Below are positions 63,515 through 64,000 of a stretch of 64,000 bases of DNA, in pieces. The stretch is from positions 2,235-66,234 of the forward strand of contig CAMCZW010000008.1 in the NCBI GenBank assembly GCA_945888435.1. Direction: 5' to 3'. Position 1 is the stretch's first letter, and the number at the start of each line of letters is the position of its first letter. This DNA comes from a bacterium UBP8_UBA817 (GTDB taxonomy: Bacteria; Margulisbacteria; Marinamargulisbacteria; SXXA01; SICP01). The translations under genes were made by a program, and so were the position numbers. The notes beneath the pieces were generated by a model. That model searched no databases. It saw nothing but the letters and a program-made list of their open reading frames with translations, and was not told where the DNA came from.

Positions 63515-64000
63515 TTAAACGTCGTAGTATAAGGCAAACTCCCAAGGATGTGGCCGTAAGTCCATCTCTTTCACTTCTTTACGAAGCTTATAAGAAATCC
63601 ACTCTTCAATCACATCTTCTGTAAACACATCGCCTTTTAGTAAAAATTCATGATCTTTCTGAAGGGCCCCCAAGGACTCATGAAGAGACCCGGGAGTTTG
63701 AGGCACCAATAGTAACTCTTCTGGTGGAAGATCATAAATATCCTTATCCAGAGGCTCACCAGGATGAATCTTATTCACAATCCCATCCACTGCCGCCATC
63801 AAAATTGCACTAAAGGCTAAGTATGGGTTTGCAGATGGATCTGGACAGCGGAACTCAAAACGCTTGGACTTCTCGGATGAATGCACCATTGGGATCCGAA
63901 TCGCAGCACTTCGATTACGACGAGAATACGCCAAATTAACTGGAGCCTCATATCCTGGAACCAATCGTTTATAGCTATTGGTCGTTGGATTAGTAAATGC
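63515..64000 (-). CDS. glnA: Glutamine synthetase type I, C-terminal portion (gene continues past window end)
   Basis: The C-terminal GS catalytic-domain sequence ends ..[11 protein letters not shown]. The ORF is open to the window edge, so the annotated Met is internal. Confidence 0.8.
   Translation of the reverse strand, partial: AFTNPTTNSYKRLVPGYEAPVNLAYSRRNRSAAIRIPMVHSSEKSKRFEFRCPDPSANPYLAFSAILMAAVDGIVNKIHPGEPLDKDIYDLPPEELLLVPQTPGSLHESLGALQKDHEFLLKGDVFTEDVIEEWISYKLRKEVKEMDLRPHPWEFALYYDV

Overview
This 64 kb window is a bacterial chromosomal segment from a Shine-Dalgarno-using organism, about 43-45% GC outside one GC-richer island. It reads as three blocks.

(1) 1-9605: a complete Type I restriction-modification operon on the minus strand (hsdM ... 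hsdS ... hsdR, all translationally coupled). Four accessory genes sit between the hsd genes: RhuM-like, Fic/Doc, DUF1016/PD-(D/E)xK nuclease, and a DinD/Bro-N-like protein. hsdS carries a 12-bp x4 in-frame tandem repeat. This block is GC-richer than the rest and abuts the aconitase gene with a 1-nt gap.

(2) 9606-27103: ordinary housekeeping genes. These are mitochondrial-type aconitase, a Phd/VapC toxin-antitoxin pair, ksgA-pdxA, ilvD-cutA, a PpiD-like parvulin, ftsEX, tkt, an Fe/2OG hydroxylase plus a PLP fold-II lyase pair, rseP, mazG, and sepF-yggS.

(3) 27269-50319: an ~23 kb co-directional, tightly packed locus, and the most unusual thing in the window. It runs: a small secreted protein with a T9SS-type C-terminal sorting domain, then an outer-membrane beta-barrel protein, then giant protein 1 (3458 aa), then an XerD-like tyrosine recombinase coupled to it by a 2-nt gap, then giant protein 2 (3225 aa), then a Cys-rich CxxCxxCC-like protein. 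The two giants are paralogous secreted fibre-like proteins. Each is built from roughly 25-30 degenerate repeats centred on a (V/I)GIGTxxPxxxLHVxG core. Both end in a conserved ~170-aa module followed by a coiled coil. No homology or domain search could be run, so no database result is claimed.

The remainder (50411-64000) holds ychF, a DUF368 membrane protein, a secreted M16 peptidase, cmoA, yraN-rnhB, a dienelactone hydrolase, the E. coli-order rpmF-plsX-fabH-fabD-fabG-acpP-fabF cluster and the 3' part of glnA. No rRNA, tRNA or CRISPR was recognised. Lineage is uncertain: a T9SS CTD, a C-terminal-Phe OMP, SepF and strong SD use is an odd mix that may point to a non-Bacteroidia FCB-group or otherwise little-studied diderm lineage.
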